A stretch of 64,000 nt of DNA from Octopus sinensis (taxonomy: Eukaryota), in contig NC_043016.1 in the NCBI RefSeq assembly GCF_006345805.1, forward strand, positions 13,640,001 through 13,704,000. Direction: 5' to 3'. Below the pieces are notes generated by a model. The model was not told the DNA's origin. It saw only the letters and a list, made by a program, of their open reading frames with translations, and searched no databases. This document shows, in pieces, positions 1 through 11,924 of this stretch (position 1 is the first letter of the stretch; the number at the start of each line of letters is the position of its first letter). A program made the translations under genes and the position numbers.

Positions 1-553
1 CTTTATCTGGAAAAAAGGTAAAAATGGAAATACAAATTACAGTTATTGTCATCTGTTCTACTTCTTTTTAATGGTTTTTGCTAAAGTTTGAATTCAAAAC
101 AAAGTGTTCAGAACTTTGACTACACAATTTCTGTTTCACTGAAAGCTTACAAAGCAATTACATAATACTACTGAGTGTAGATATGGCCTTGCCTTAAGAA
201 GTTTGCTTTGCATCCATTTGGTTCTGCAGCACACTGGACAGGGGTCTTCTACTATAGCCTTTGGCACCAGGAAAAACGGTATCATAAGTGGATAGATGGA
301 AATTATATGAATGCCTGTAATGTGTGAATGTTGACATTAACTGTGTTTGCCAATTTAGTATTGTTCTTTGGTTTCCATTGTCTGCACATGAGAAAATGCA
401 GTAGTTCCTTCTTAGGTAGAGTTTGCTAAACTAGAAAGAAACTATGTGGAAGATTTAAGTAAAAGACAACTGGCATAATAGTTCTGAGGTAAAAATTGAT
501 TACTGGTTTTCTTACTAATACATTTTTTTTTTCTTTCTCTAATTTCAACTTAC

Positions 554-784
554 ACCCATTTATTTTGTCTTTTGCTAGGAAAAAGATCCAAACCTTCATA
601 AATTAATGCATAAGTATTCAACAGTTTTACTATAATCACATTAAATGTATGAGAGGTGCAGCCATTGCAAAGTTGCTTGTTTAGTTCCAACAAAAAGTTG
701 GAGCCACCCTCATCACCTGGCACTGTTGTTGCTTTTGATAAAATTGCCACCTTAATTTGGGACATTTAGTTTTCATACGAACCA
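554..784 (-). pseudogene. Possible exon relic (SQIKVAILSK...LFPSKRQNKW)
   Basis: 71-aa ORF ending at a good donor (GGGT|gtaagt); an in-frame stop lies just upstream and the Helitron starts at 785. Confidence 0.25.
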
Positions 785-791
785 TCTAATT

Positions 792-1785
792 TATAAATGG
801 TGATTTCTGTCTGTTATCAACTTAGTGCCTAAATCAGTGAACCAATATTCACGAAACTTTGCATACATGTTACATTAAGATCCAGTTCAATAATAGGTTA
901 ATTAGATTTCAATAAAAATCTATAATGTGCCCTCCCAGGGGTATTAGGAATCATCATCATTTAGTGTCCGCTTTCCATGCTAGCTTGGGTTGGACGGTTC
1001 AACTGGGGTCTGTGAAGCCAGAAGGCTGCATCAGGCCCAGTCTGATCTGGCAGTGTTTCTATGGCTGGATGCCCTTCCTAATGCCAACCACTCCATGAGT
1101 GTAGTGGGTGCTTTTTCGTGCCACCCGCACAGGTGCCAGACAGAGCTGGCAAACGGCCACAGACGGATGATGCTTTTTACGTGCCACCGGCAAAGGGGGC
1201 CAGGCGAAGCTGGCAACGACCACGATCGGATGGTGCTTTTTATGTGCCACCGGCACGGGGGCCAGGCAAGGCTGGCAATGGCCACGAACGGATGGTGCTT
1301 TTACGTCCCACCGGCACGGGGGCCAGGCGATGCTGGCAACGGCCACGAACGGATGGTGTTACGTGCCACTGGCACGGGGCCAGGCGAGGCTGGCAATGGC
1401 CACGAACGGATGTTGCCATTTACGTGCCACCAGCACGGAGGCCAGTCGAGGCGGCGCTGGCAACGGCCACGATCAGATTGTTCGCTTACTTGTCACCGGC
1501 ACTGGTATCACAGCTGCAATTTCCATTGATGTTGATCGACTTCGATTTTGGTTCTGCTTTCTGATATCTGATTTGATTTGGTTTAATTTTGATTTTGATT
1601 TTTGATTTGTATATATTTTTGAATGTATAAATGGTGATTTCTGTCTGTCATCATCTTAGTGCCTAAATCAGTGAACCAATATTCACGAAACTTTGCATAC
1701 ATGTTACATTAAGATCCAGTTCAATAATAGGCTAATTAGATTTCAATAAAAATCTATAATGTGCCCTCCCAGGGGTATTAGGAAT
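792..1785. repeat. 160-bp direct repeats (792-951 and 1626-1785) flanking an RTE-derived insert
   Basis: The two copies differ at 3 positions and exactly bracket 952-1625. Confidence 0.9.
952..1625 (-). mobile_element. 5'-truncated RTE 3'-UTR copy (tandem ~60-bp units, conserved tail, (GAT)n end)
   Basis: Same tail and repeats as the sequence directly after the RTE ORF at 7603-8363. Confidence 0.88.
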
Positions 1786-2460
1786 ATTATATGATAAAAG
1801 GAGAAGATTGCAAAAAGTATTAGTTGGAGGGAAAGATAGCAGAGTGAGGGTAACTTTTATCAGTGGTGAGAACAGTGGTAACAATGGGATGTTAATGTTA
1901 ATACAGCTGTCATATACACTTGACGTTGTATACATACTTATGTAAATACATAAATACAACACATGCAGAAAGGTAGGTGTGAGGAATACGTAGCTTTAAG
2001 GAGAGAGGGGGTAGGGGGCTTTTCCACTGTCCAATGCAAAGAAACACACACACACATACATATATACATAGATACATATGTCTACTATACACCATTTTAA
2101 ATTCGTGCGTTTGTAAATTTGTGTCACGTCCTATAATTGTCTTGTCTCTCTGCTTTTGTAGGGTCTTCTCTGTTACTGTTACATATTGTGAGATTTTAAA
2201 ATTTGGTATTATTGCAATAATTTTCCACGTTACATCCAATTTTGTTATGTATTTGTTCCTAACATCCAGTTGAATTATAGGCGAGGATCTCAATAAAAAA
2301 TCTATAATGATTTAGGGAGCAGGGCTCTAGCACATGTTTACAAATCAGCTATCATAAGTGGCAACACCAAATGCACAAACTATTTGTCAATGTATTTGTA
2401 AATCTATTTATCTAATTCAGATGCATATTCTTTTACATAACCACTACGCCACATGCCCGT

Positions 2461-2729
2461 GGGCATGTGTCGTAGTGGTTAAGAGCACGGGCTACTAACC
2501 CCAAGATTCCGAGTTCAATTCCAAACGGTGACCCGAACAACAATAATAATAATAATAATATCGAAAAATACCTTAGGAATGAGAACCCAGGTTCAAAATT
2601 TCCTCAAGATACCTGAAGAAGGCTGGAGGGTATATCAGCCGAAATGTTGTCTTAACAACAAACAAGATGAGGGCAAATATCCGTCGAATGTAAATAGTGT
2701 ACATAATTCCTCATCTCTTAAATATAGAA
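2461..2729 (+). mobile_element. tRNA-derived SINE with a degenerate hammerhead-like core
   Basis: A-box-like GTAGTGGTTAAG and B-box-like GAGTTCAATTCC; CTGAAGA-A-GGCTG/CAGCC-GAAA at 2613-2644; the tail recurs at about 6805-6838. Confidence 0.75.
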
Positions 2730-3400
2730 CAAGATGCACATTTGTTTGTTAAAATAATATTGGGACATTCTTTATTCACCCACTAATCAAATTGATAGTT
2801 TGTAATACCTATTTTTAGTTATAAACTATTACCATAGACAATGGGTTGGGCATAAAGATGGGAACTAAACAGGAAACTGCGAGGACATGAAACAGTGTAA
2901 TGGTAAATGGGAACAACCCCCACTTTCCTGAGTCAACTCATTTTACTCAGATGCATATTTGTTTATTAAAATAATATAGGGACATTCATTATTCAGCCAC
3001 TAATCGTATTAGTAGTTTGTAATACCTATTTTTAGCAATAAACTATTACCACAAAAGTTAATAAAATATTTAATGGCTTAATTACATCTAACTGGTTCAA
3101 AAATTTATATATTGACATAGGACTGGGGTTAGGAATGGGTGCAGAACTAAAACGGGAACTTAACTGGGAACGGGATAGGACATGAAACAGTGTAATGGGA
3201 ATAGGAACTGGAAATAATCCCCTGCTTTTCTGGGTATTACCGGGTAATTCAGCTAGTATGTATGTATGTATATATATATGTGCATGTGTGTATCTCATGT
3301 TTTGAGTTCTAATTTTCCTGTTTGTAAAATATACCTATGCATGTGTGTGTGTGTGTGTGTATAAATATGTATATATAGGTACAGATAAATACCGACATAT

Positions 3401-3710
3401 GCAAGCATGGTTGTGTGGTAAAAAGTTTGCTTGCCAACCACATGGTTCCCGGTTCAGTCCCACTGTATGGCACTTTGGGTAAATGTCTTGAACTATTGCC
3501 CTGGGCTGGCCAAAGTCTTGTGAATTGATCTGGTAGGCAGAAACTGAAATAAACCTGTCATACATATGGTGTGTGTGTCTGCGTTTTTGTTTGTCCCCCA
3601 TCATTGTTTTACAACTGATGTTGGTTTAAGTCCCTGTAACTTAGCAGTTTGGCAAAAAAGAACTGATATAATAAGTACAAGGCTTTAAAAAATAAATATT
3701 AGAGTTGATT
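3401..3710 (+). mobile_element. tRNA-derived CORE-type SINE, diverged
   Basis: tRNA-like head (TGGTAAAAAG...GGTTCAGTCCC) then CACTTTGGGTAAATGTC core; related copies at about 21810-21990, 51960-52100 (reverse) and 62805-63190. Confidence 0.65.
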
Positions 3711-4120
3711 CATTATGCCTATATAATTAACACACACACTTGTTCAATTCCACTCTCTTTATTATTATTATTATTATTCAGTTGGTTAAATATCCAACTA
3801 ATTTATTTTGTTTTTGAAAGCTCCTTCGTTACTTCTTGCAACCTTTTCAGTGACTATTTACTTAGTCCGTTATAGAGGTTGTGTTTGCCTGTTTGAGATT
3901 TGTTGTGTGTGTGTGTGTGTGCCAGCATGCACATATGCTTGTGTACATATTTATTCTGCATATTCGTGTGTGTGTGTGTGTGCATGCTTGTCTTTACGTA
4001 TGTATGTATGTGTGTGTACCTCTGCTTCCTTTGAGTGTGTGTGTGTGTATGTGTTTGAGTGTCTATACGTATGAGTTTGTGTGAGTATACACGTGTGCTT
4101 GTTGTGTATGTATGTGTGGA

Positions 4121-4156
<36 letters not shown>

Positions 4157-5129
4157 TCGTGTGTTTCTGCCTTGTGTGTGCTTGTCTGTCTGTATTGCCT
4201 ATGTACATACCTATCTATCTATTTATCTATCTACCTACTTAAGTAAGTAGGTAGATAGATAGATAGATAATTACGTACGTAGGTTCATACATAATACCCT
4301 CATAAGGAAACAGAAACACATGATCATATATACATACACGCATATAGGCACACTTGCAACACACAACAGGCACATACTCACACAAGTTCATACTTATAGA
4401 CGTGCTCAAACATGTACACTAATAATAGAGAAAAGGAGTGGAATCGGACCAGCATGTGTGTTAACTATATTGGCATAATGACTCTCCCTAGTCAACAAAA
4501 TTTGTTTTAACACACAAATTCACATTAAGAATCTTTTAGACCAGATACAAGACTGTATGAGAGTTGATTTATTCAACAAACCCCTTCAAAGCAGTGCCCC
4601 AGCATTGCTGCAGTCCAGTGACTGAAACAAGTAAAAAAAAAAGATGTGTGTATGTGCATATATGTTGTACAGTAAATTTGCCAAAGGAATGAAAAATCCA
4701 TTTCTTGAGAGAGGACTGTGTCTGAAATGTTGGATTTTCCCACTCATGGCAAGTTTATTGTGCTATTTTTATCAATTTTACCACCCAATATATCTTGCCA
4801 ATGCAAGACATCTGCCTCATTGAATTCTGTTTGATCATTCATCCATACATACATACTCATTCCATGCTGGCATAGGTTAGAACACTTGGCTGGAACTGGT
4901 AAGCTGGAGAGCTACACCAGGTTCCAGTCTGAATTTGGCTTGGTTTATTTATTCCTAATTTCAAATTTGCTCTACAGCACTTTGTTGGTTCAATCTATTC
5001 TAGTATTGTAAGGATAATTACACAACATTTAGTACTTTTTCATATATTGAAAGGTATTTAGGAAGTATAATATTAGTTAGAACAAAAAGAAACTCTGTTC
5101 TGTAAATGCCTTGATAACTCTTTCCTTAA

Positions 5130-6745
5130 GATAAGTGCTTTGATGATTGAGATTTTCTGGAGTGTATACTTTCATCTCTTCTGACTAGAGACCATGTATA
5201 ATCTCCCATCATAGCAGCATCTCATCGTCCTTGGTATCTTCTTTCCATAGTTGCGATGTCCTGATGAAATCTCTCACCATGCTCCTCATTGACATCACCC
5301 AAGTTTTCGGGGGAAAAATCTAGGTGAGGGTGCAAAAGATGAACCTTTAAGAACATACGACAACCCATTTTCTCGAAGTTTTCAATAAGCTTTGCTACCA
5401 GTTGTTTGTAACTAGGATCCTTGTGATTTCCTAGGAATCCATCACGAAATGCATACCAAGCTTCTTTTTCAACTTTTGTCATCACTCTTTCCAGTTTCTT
5501 CGACTTTAACATTGCATTTACTTGGGGCCCAACAAATATGCCACCCTTGATCTTAGCCTCAGATAGCTTTGGAAACATGAGACAAATTTCTTGAAAAGCT
5601 TCTCCTCTAAAATCTAAGGCCTTCACAAACTGTTCTACCAATCCGAGTTTGATATGAAGTGGGGGGTAATAAGATTTTGTTGGAATCTACTAGAGGCTGT
5701 TTGAGAACATTTAACATTCCTGGCTGCAGTACCACTCGTGGGGCCAATGTACTCTCTTGTAATGATGATCCTCAGCCCTGCTGTCCCATAAGCAAAGGAA
5801 ACATGAATACTTTGTGTATCCCCCTTGCAAGCCAAGCAAGAAGGCAAGCATCTTGAAATCACCACAAACATCCCACTTGAACTCAGCGTAATTTATTTTG
5901 TAGAGAAGTTCTTTGACATTATCGTAATTTTCTTGTTTCTGTATGGAGTGTGCAAGAGGCAAAGAAGGATATTTATTTCCATTGTGGAGCAACTCTGCTT
6001 TGAGACTTCGTGTTTAGCTATCTATGAACTGTTGCCATTCTGCAGAATCATGCTTGAGTCCAATAGCAGTAAACAAACCAATCACATCTTTACAATAACG
6101 CAGATCCTTAATATTTTCATAGTAAATTTAAAATTCTTCATGGTGTTTCTGGTACACAGATGTTTGCAGTCTTCCCCCAGTAGATTCCAGTCTTTCAACC
6201 TTGATGAAAGAAGTTCAGCTCCTGACTTAGTAAGACCCAGATCCCTGATTAAATCATCTAGCTCACTCTGATTTGGAAAGTGAGGCTCCAAAGTCGTTCT
6301 TGGTACGAAAGCTTCCTCCATGTCTTGGCTGCTGCAACTTGTTGACTCTTCAGATGAAATATTTTCTGGTGGTAGTGGGACTAGTGCTCTAGATGATGGT
6401 ATGTCTGGATACTGAAGAGCTTGTCTTCCTTTCACTTTTCTGTACTTTGTCACATCGATCATACAAAAGTAGCAGTCATCATGATGGTTCTTTGGCTCTC
6501 TCCATACCCTTGGAATGGCAAAAGGCATTGACCTGCCTGTACCTCTTAACCATCCTTCTAGAGTAGATCGACAGCTTCCACATATTATGTGGGACCCATG
6601 GTTTGTCTTGATCATCCATGGGCATTCCAAAATAGTTTGCACACTATCCACAATTTGGCACCTTTCACGATCTTATGTAATACCTGCTTTTTTTCCAATA
6701 TAATAACCACACACTTAGCAAAATGTATCTACAATAAATTTTTTT
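5130..6745 (-). mobile_element. Frameshifted DNA transposase pseudogene, Chapaev3 (CMC)-like
   Basis: Motifs TFC*VCG, DQDKPWVPH, WREPKNHHDDCYFC, GDFKMLAFLLGLQGGYTKYSCFLCLWDSR and ENLGDVNEEHGERFHQDI..MERRYQGR across several broken frames; the superfamily name is from recall of the motif set. Confidence 0.7.
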
Positions 6746-6875
6746 TTTTCTTTAAATTATGTTGTTTTATACTCTATATACAAATGTCTGTCAAATATAA
6801 ATAATGTACATAATTCCTCATCTCTTAAATATAGAACTGTATATTATACTCTCCTTTAACTTTCTGGGAAGTTTA

Positions 6876-7445
6876 CCACTTGCAAGAAAGCTCTGGAAGA
6901 GGATCTGCAGTGATCTTGCTAGGGTCTGTATTCTTTAGAATTGTTGGTAATCCATTAAGACTAGTAACTGAGTTAATTTTATCAATGGCTGATATTACAT
7001 CCATTTCTTCTTTGTCAATGTAATCAATAATTACCATTCCTCCATACAGAGCTGTGGTGTCAAAGAACTCATTTGGCATATTTACTTGTAAGTGTCCTAA
7101 AGAAGATATGAAAACACCTTTGTATCGTACATTCAATGTTTCACTTATCCTTTGGAGGTCTGCAATTAGGGAATCATATTCTTCAAATAACGACCCCTAT
7201 CTTGTACCATACTGAAGCAGACTCTTGTAAATCTGAAGAAAGCTCAAGGTTTTGTCCTTACATTTTTACATCCCTAACATATTTTTTTTGCACTCTCCTT
7301 TTCATAGGAGTGCTTAAGTTCATTTTCAATTTCAAGCAGTGTTTGTTTGCGATAAGATTCTTCACTGTGTTTTAATAGACAATGTGCTTTTAACCAAAGA
7401 AATCCTTTTGTTACCAGTTGATCATTAAATACACAACACCAACAG
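6876..7445 (-). pseudogene. Exon-like coding relic of an unidentified protein
   Basis: About 185 codons of complex protein-like sequence with a frameshift near the 7282-7289 homopolymer and an in-frame TAG near 7197; possible donor TG|gtaaac at 6875. Confidence 0.4.
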
Positions 7446-7602
7446 AAGCAAGTATACGAGAAATGAATGGAAACAATAAAAGATATGTCCAAGGATTATA
7501 GGGTGAAGCCAATTACCATTGCAAAAATAGGATTAAAGAATAGTTCAAATATATATAAGATATTAATACAGTGATAGAAATAATAAAATAGAATTATATA
7601 TA

Positions 7603-10600
7603 TCATCATCATCATCATTTAGCGTCCGCTTTCCATGCTAGCATGGGTTGGACGGTTCAACTGGGGTCTGTGAAGCTGGAAGGCTTCGTCAGGCCCAGTC
7701 AGATCTGGCAGTGTTTCTATGGCTGGATGCCCTTCCTAACGCCAACCACTCCGTGAGTGTAGTGGGTGCTTTTTACGTGCCACCTGCACAGGTGCCAGAC
7801 AGAGCTGGCAAACGGCCACGAAAGGATGGTGCTTTTACGTGTCACTGGCACGGGGCCCAGCGATGCTGGCAACGGACACGAACGGATGGTGCTTTTACAT
7901 GCCACCGACACGGGGCCAGACAGAGCTGGCAAACGGCCACGAACGGACGGTGCTTTTACGTGTCACCGGCACAGGGGCCAGGCGAGGCTGGCAATGGACA
8001 CGAACGGATAGTGCTTTTACGTGCCACCGACACGGGGCCAGACAGAGCTGGCAAACGGCCATGGACAGACGGTGCTTTTACGTGTCACCGGCACGGGGAC
8101 CAGGCGAGGCTGGCAACGGACACGAACAGATGGTGCTTTTACGTGCCACCGACACGGGGGCCAGACAGAGCTGGCTAACGGCCACGAACGAATGGTGCTT
8201 TTACGTGTCACCGGCATGGGTCCAGGCGAGGCTGGCAACGGACACGAACGGATGGTGCTTTTACGTGTCACCGACACGGGGGCCAGGCAAGGCTGGCACC
8301 GGACACGAATGGATGGTTCACTTAACCACTGCTTTCTGATAAATGATTTGATTTTGATTGTTCTCACTGGTCTTGCCGGGTCTTCTCACGCACGGCATAC
8401 TTCCATAGGTCTCGGTCTCTGGTCATTTCCTTGGTGAGACCTAGAGTTCGAAGGTCGTGCTTCACCACCTCGACCCAGGTTTTCCTGGGTCTACCTCTTC
8501 CACAGGTCCCCTCAACTGCCAGGGTGTGGCACTTTTTCACACACCTATCTTCATCCATTCTCGCCTCATGACCATACCAGCGCAATCGTCTCTCTTGCAC
8601 ACCACATCTGATTCCTCTTAGGTCCAACTTTTCTCTCAAGGTACTTACACTCTGTCGACTATGAACACTGACATTACACATCCAACGGAGCATACTAGCT
8701 TCATTTCTTGCGAGCTTACGCAAATCCTCAGCAGTCACAGCCCAAGTTTCACTACCATGTAGCATGGCTGTACGTACACATGCATCATACAGTCTGCCTT
8801 TTACTTTGAGCGAGAGGCCTTTTGTCACCAGTAGGGGTAAGAGCTCTCTAAACTTTGCCAGGCTATTCTTACTCTAGCAGTTAAACTTTCAGCACACCCG
8901 CCCCCGCTACTGACTTGGTCACCTAGGTAGCGGAAGCTATCAACTACTTCTAGTTTTTCTCCCTGAAACATGATAGAAGTTGGTCTCTGCATATTTTCAG
9001 AGTTTATTGCTCCTGAGCATCTGCCACAGATAAAAACTATTTTCCTAGTTAGTCTTCCTTTGACATTACTACATCTCTTATGTGTCCATAGCTTACATTT
9101 GGTGCATCTTATAGAGTTTCTACCTACACCTTTTCTACAAATCGAGCAAGGCCATCTACCTGAAGGCGTTTGTGATTGGTCTACCTTCCTACTTATTAGG
9201 ACTTTGGTTTTGGCTAGGTTGATTCTAAGGCCCTTCGATTCTAAACCTTGCTTCCACACCTGAAACTTCTCCTCCAGTTCTGATAGAGACTCAGCAATTA
9301 GAGCAAGGTCATCAGCATAGAGGAGCTCCCAGGGGCATCCTGTCTTGAATTCCTCCGTTATTGCCTGGAGGACTATGATAAATAGGAGGGGACTGAGGAC
9401 TGAACCTTGGTGGACCCCAACCTCTACCCTGAATTCTTCACTGTACTCGGTGCCAACCCTCACCTTACTAGCAGCGTCTCTGTACATGGCTTGTACAGCT
9501 CTCACTAACCATTCATCTATCCCTAGTTTCCTCATTGACCACCAGATAAGGGATCGGGGGACCCTGTCGAAGGCTTTCTCCATATCGACAAAAGCCAGGT
9601 ATAGGGGCTTGTCTTTGGCTAGGTATTTCTCCTGCAGCTGTCTTACCAGGAAAATAGCATCAGTAGTACTTTTCCCTGGCACGAACCCAAACTGCATCTG
9701 ATCTAAGCTAACTCTCTCTCTAATTTGTTGGGCTATAACCCTCTCTGTAACCTTCATTACCTGATCTAGCAGCTTGATACCCCTGTAGTTATTTGTATCT
9801 AGGGCGTCACCTTTACCTTTGTAGCAGTTGACTATTATGCTGCTACACCAGTCATTGGGAATGACTCCTTCGTGTATCACCTGGTTAACTATACGGGTGA
9901 CTAGGCTATAGCCAGCACTACCAGATATTTTGAGCATCTCTGCAGTAATTCCTGATGGGCCTGGGGCTTTCCCTGTTTTCATGCTTGTAATTGCCTTATC
10001 TACTAAGGAACTGTCAACTCGGATTGCTGGTCCCTCTGTTGGGTCAACATTCGGCAGACTCTCTTTATCCCATTCATTTTCCTCATTCAGCAACCTTTCA
10101 TAGTGGCGTCTCCAAACCTCTCTCTTTGCATCCTCATTTAGCGCAAGTGAACCGTCATCCTTGCGAACACATTTCTCTCCTACCACGTCACGATTCTCTC
10201 TCACACACTGTCTTGCAACACGAAATACCTCAAGTCTTTCATCTTCATGGCGCAGGACATTGGCAAATTTTTTCTTATCTGCTTCCCCTCTGGCTAAATA
10301 CACCTGCCTCCTAGCCTCCCTTCTTGCAGTCCGATACACTTCCCTGCTACCACCGTTCTTCCAGTCCTTCCAAGAATGTTTCTTTTGTCTAATAGCCCTG
10401 TCAACAGTATTGTTCCACCACCACGTTATTTTGGGTCTTGTGGGGACTTTGCACCAGCCACAGATCTGGTCTGTGGCTTTCAGCAGGTTGTCCCTTAGAA
10501 GCGCCCAGTTATCTTCTACCCCATGTGTAGCTATACCCCCTTCTATTTCGTCGAAGGCTTCAAGTAACATGTCTCTAAATCTCTGTCCATTTGCAGGGTC

Positions 10601-10715
10601 TTTAAGCTTCCAGACCCTTCTTCTCCATGTTGGTCGTCCTCTTAGTCCTGATTCTAAAGTCACTGACTACCAGTCTATGTTGTGGGGTACATTCTTCGCC
10701 TGGGAAGGTTTTGGC
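7603..10715 (-). mobile_element. RTE-clade LINE copy 1, 5'-truncated, young
   Basis: RT motifs FVDMEKAFDRV, GVHQGSVLSPLLF and YADD; one 1-bp frameshift near 8858; 3' UTR array and (GAT)n tail; TSD aattatatata at 7592-7602 and 10716-10726. Confidence 0.95.
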
Positions 10716-10726
10716 AATTATATATA

Positions 10727-11920
10727 TAGGGGTTGGACAAAATAATGGAAACACCTTAAAATTTCAAACAAATTTATTTTAATGTGGGTAGTACCGCCTT
10801 TGGCAGTAATTACAGCTTGAATTCTACAAGGTATGCACTAGTACAAAGTTTGAATTGTTTCCAAAGGAATTTTTGTCTATTCTTCAGCTAAAACAGTCTC
10901 CAGTTCTTGTAGTGATGATGGTGAAAGATATTGACTCCTTAGTTGTTTTTCTAAAATGCACCATAAATGTTCAATAATATTGAGATCTGGGGACTGTGGT
11001 GGCCAGATAAGATGTTCAACTTCACTAGAATGTTCCTTGTGCCATTCAGTAACAACTTTAGCTGTGTGAATTGGTGCATTATCATCCTGAAAGATTGTGT
11101 TTCCCTCCAGAAACAGTTCTGCAACCATAGAATGAATTTGATCAGATAAAATGCTAAAACTAGTCTTGACTATTAACTCTGCCATGAAGAGAAACCATTG
11201 GGCCAGCGAATTTCCAAGATATAGCTCCCTAGATCATCACAGATCCCCCATGTTTAACAGTTGGAAGAAGGCAGTCTGGGTCAAATGCTTCTTTTGGCTG
11301 TCTCCTAATGTATACTTGGCCAGTTGTTGGAAATAAGGTAAAGGATGACACGTCTGAAAAAATAACATTCATCCACTGCTCTAGGGACCAATTTTGTACT
11401 CCATTCTAAATGCTTTGTAACGTCTGTTTTTGAAAGTAGTGGTTTCCTGATTGCAGCTCCTGGTGAACAGTTTTTGTGGAAACTGGGTTCTCAATGTGGT
11501 CATTAAGCTCTGCAGTAATTTTGGGAGTTGTACTTTTGTGATCCTTTATAACAACTTGTGTAAGAATTCGACGGTCCCTATCTGAAAGTTTTGGTTTTCT
11601 TCCAGAGTTTTGTTTGATGAGTAGGTTTTATCCCTCTTTCTCAAAGGCTGTCATCACTTTTGAGACAGTACTTCTTGATACCAAACATTTCGGCTGTTTT
11701 CATTATGCTAGTGCCTGCCATACAAGCACCAACAATTTGACCTCTTTGAAAGTCCAATAGATCTGTCATTTTAATGAATTCTAATTACCTTTTGCTGATG
11801 TTATCTGAAAAGAAACAGCAATTTTAGCAAAACATATTAAGCAACACTAATAATAAATTAAAAAAAACATAAAAATGAACAAGCTTTTGATGGTTTTATA
11901 GATATTTCAATATTATGATA
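10727..11920 (-). mobile_element. Tc1/mariner element, one end truncated
   Basis: TA then (C>T)AGGGGTTGGACAAAATAATGGAAACACC terminus; transposase QDDNAPIH...WPPQSPDLNIIEHLW (DD34E type) at 10877-11185. Confidence 0.88.
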
Positions 11921-11924
11921 CCAT

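Larger units (their letters stand above)
785..3256 (+). mobile_element. Non-autonomous Helitron-like element carrying nested insertions
   Basis: 5' A|TCTAATTTATAAATGG...CTGTCTGT; 3' CTGGGTATTACCGGGTAATTCAGCTAG|T (subterminal hairpin, CTAG end, A|T target); internal duplications at about 2734-2949 and 2950-3240. Confidence 0.7.

Noticed and set aside
331-430. LVLFFG peptide resembling a PWWP strand, and short plus-strand exon candidates at 416-458 and 579 onward
   Set aside because: No WP motif, stops nearby, and no frame-consistent model
990-1605. Long overlapping ORFs in the GC-rich tandem arrays (also 7648-8437 and 50294-51219)
   Set aside because: Stop-poor by-products of repeats; repetitive peptides in all frames with no domain motifs
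2461-2535. tRNA gene
   Set aside because: No complete cloverleaf; it continues into a SINE body and tail
3808-4250. ORFs over (TG)n/(TA)n tracts (also 57107-57396 and others)
   Set aside because: Microsatellite translation artefacts
7770-8330. CRISPR-like appearance of regularly spaced repeats with variable segments
   Set aside because: Eukaryotic context, no cas genes, the variable parts are only 6-11-nt loops of a few recurring types, and the array is the 3' UTR of an RTE
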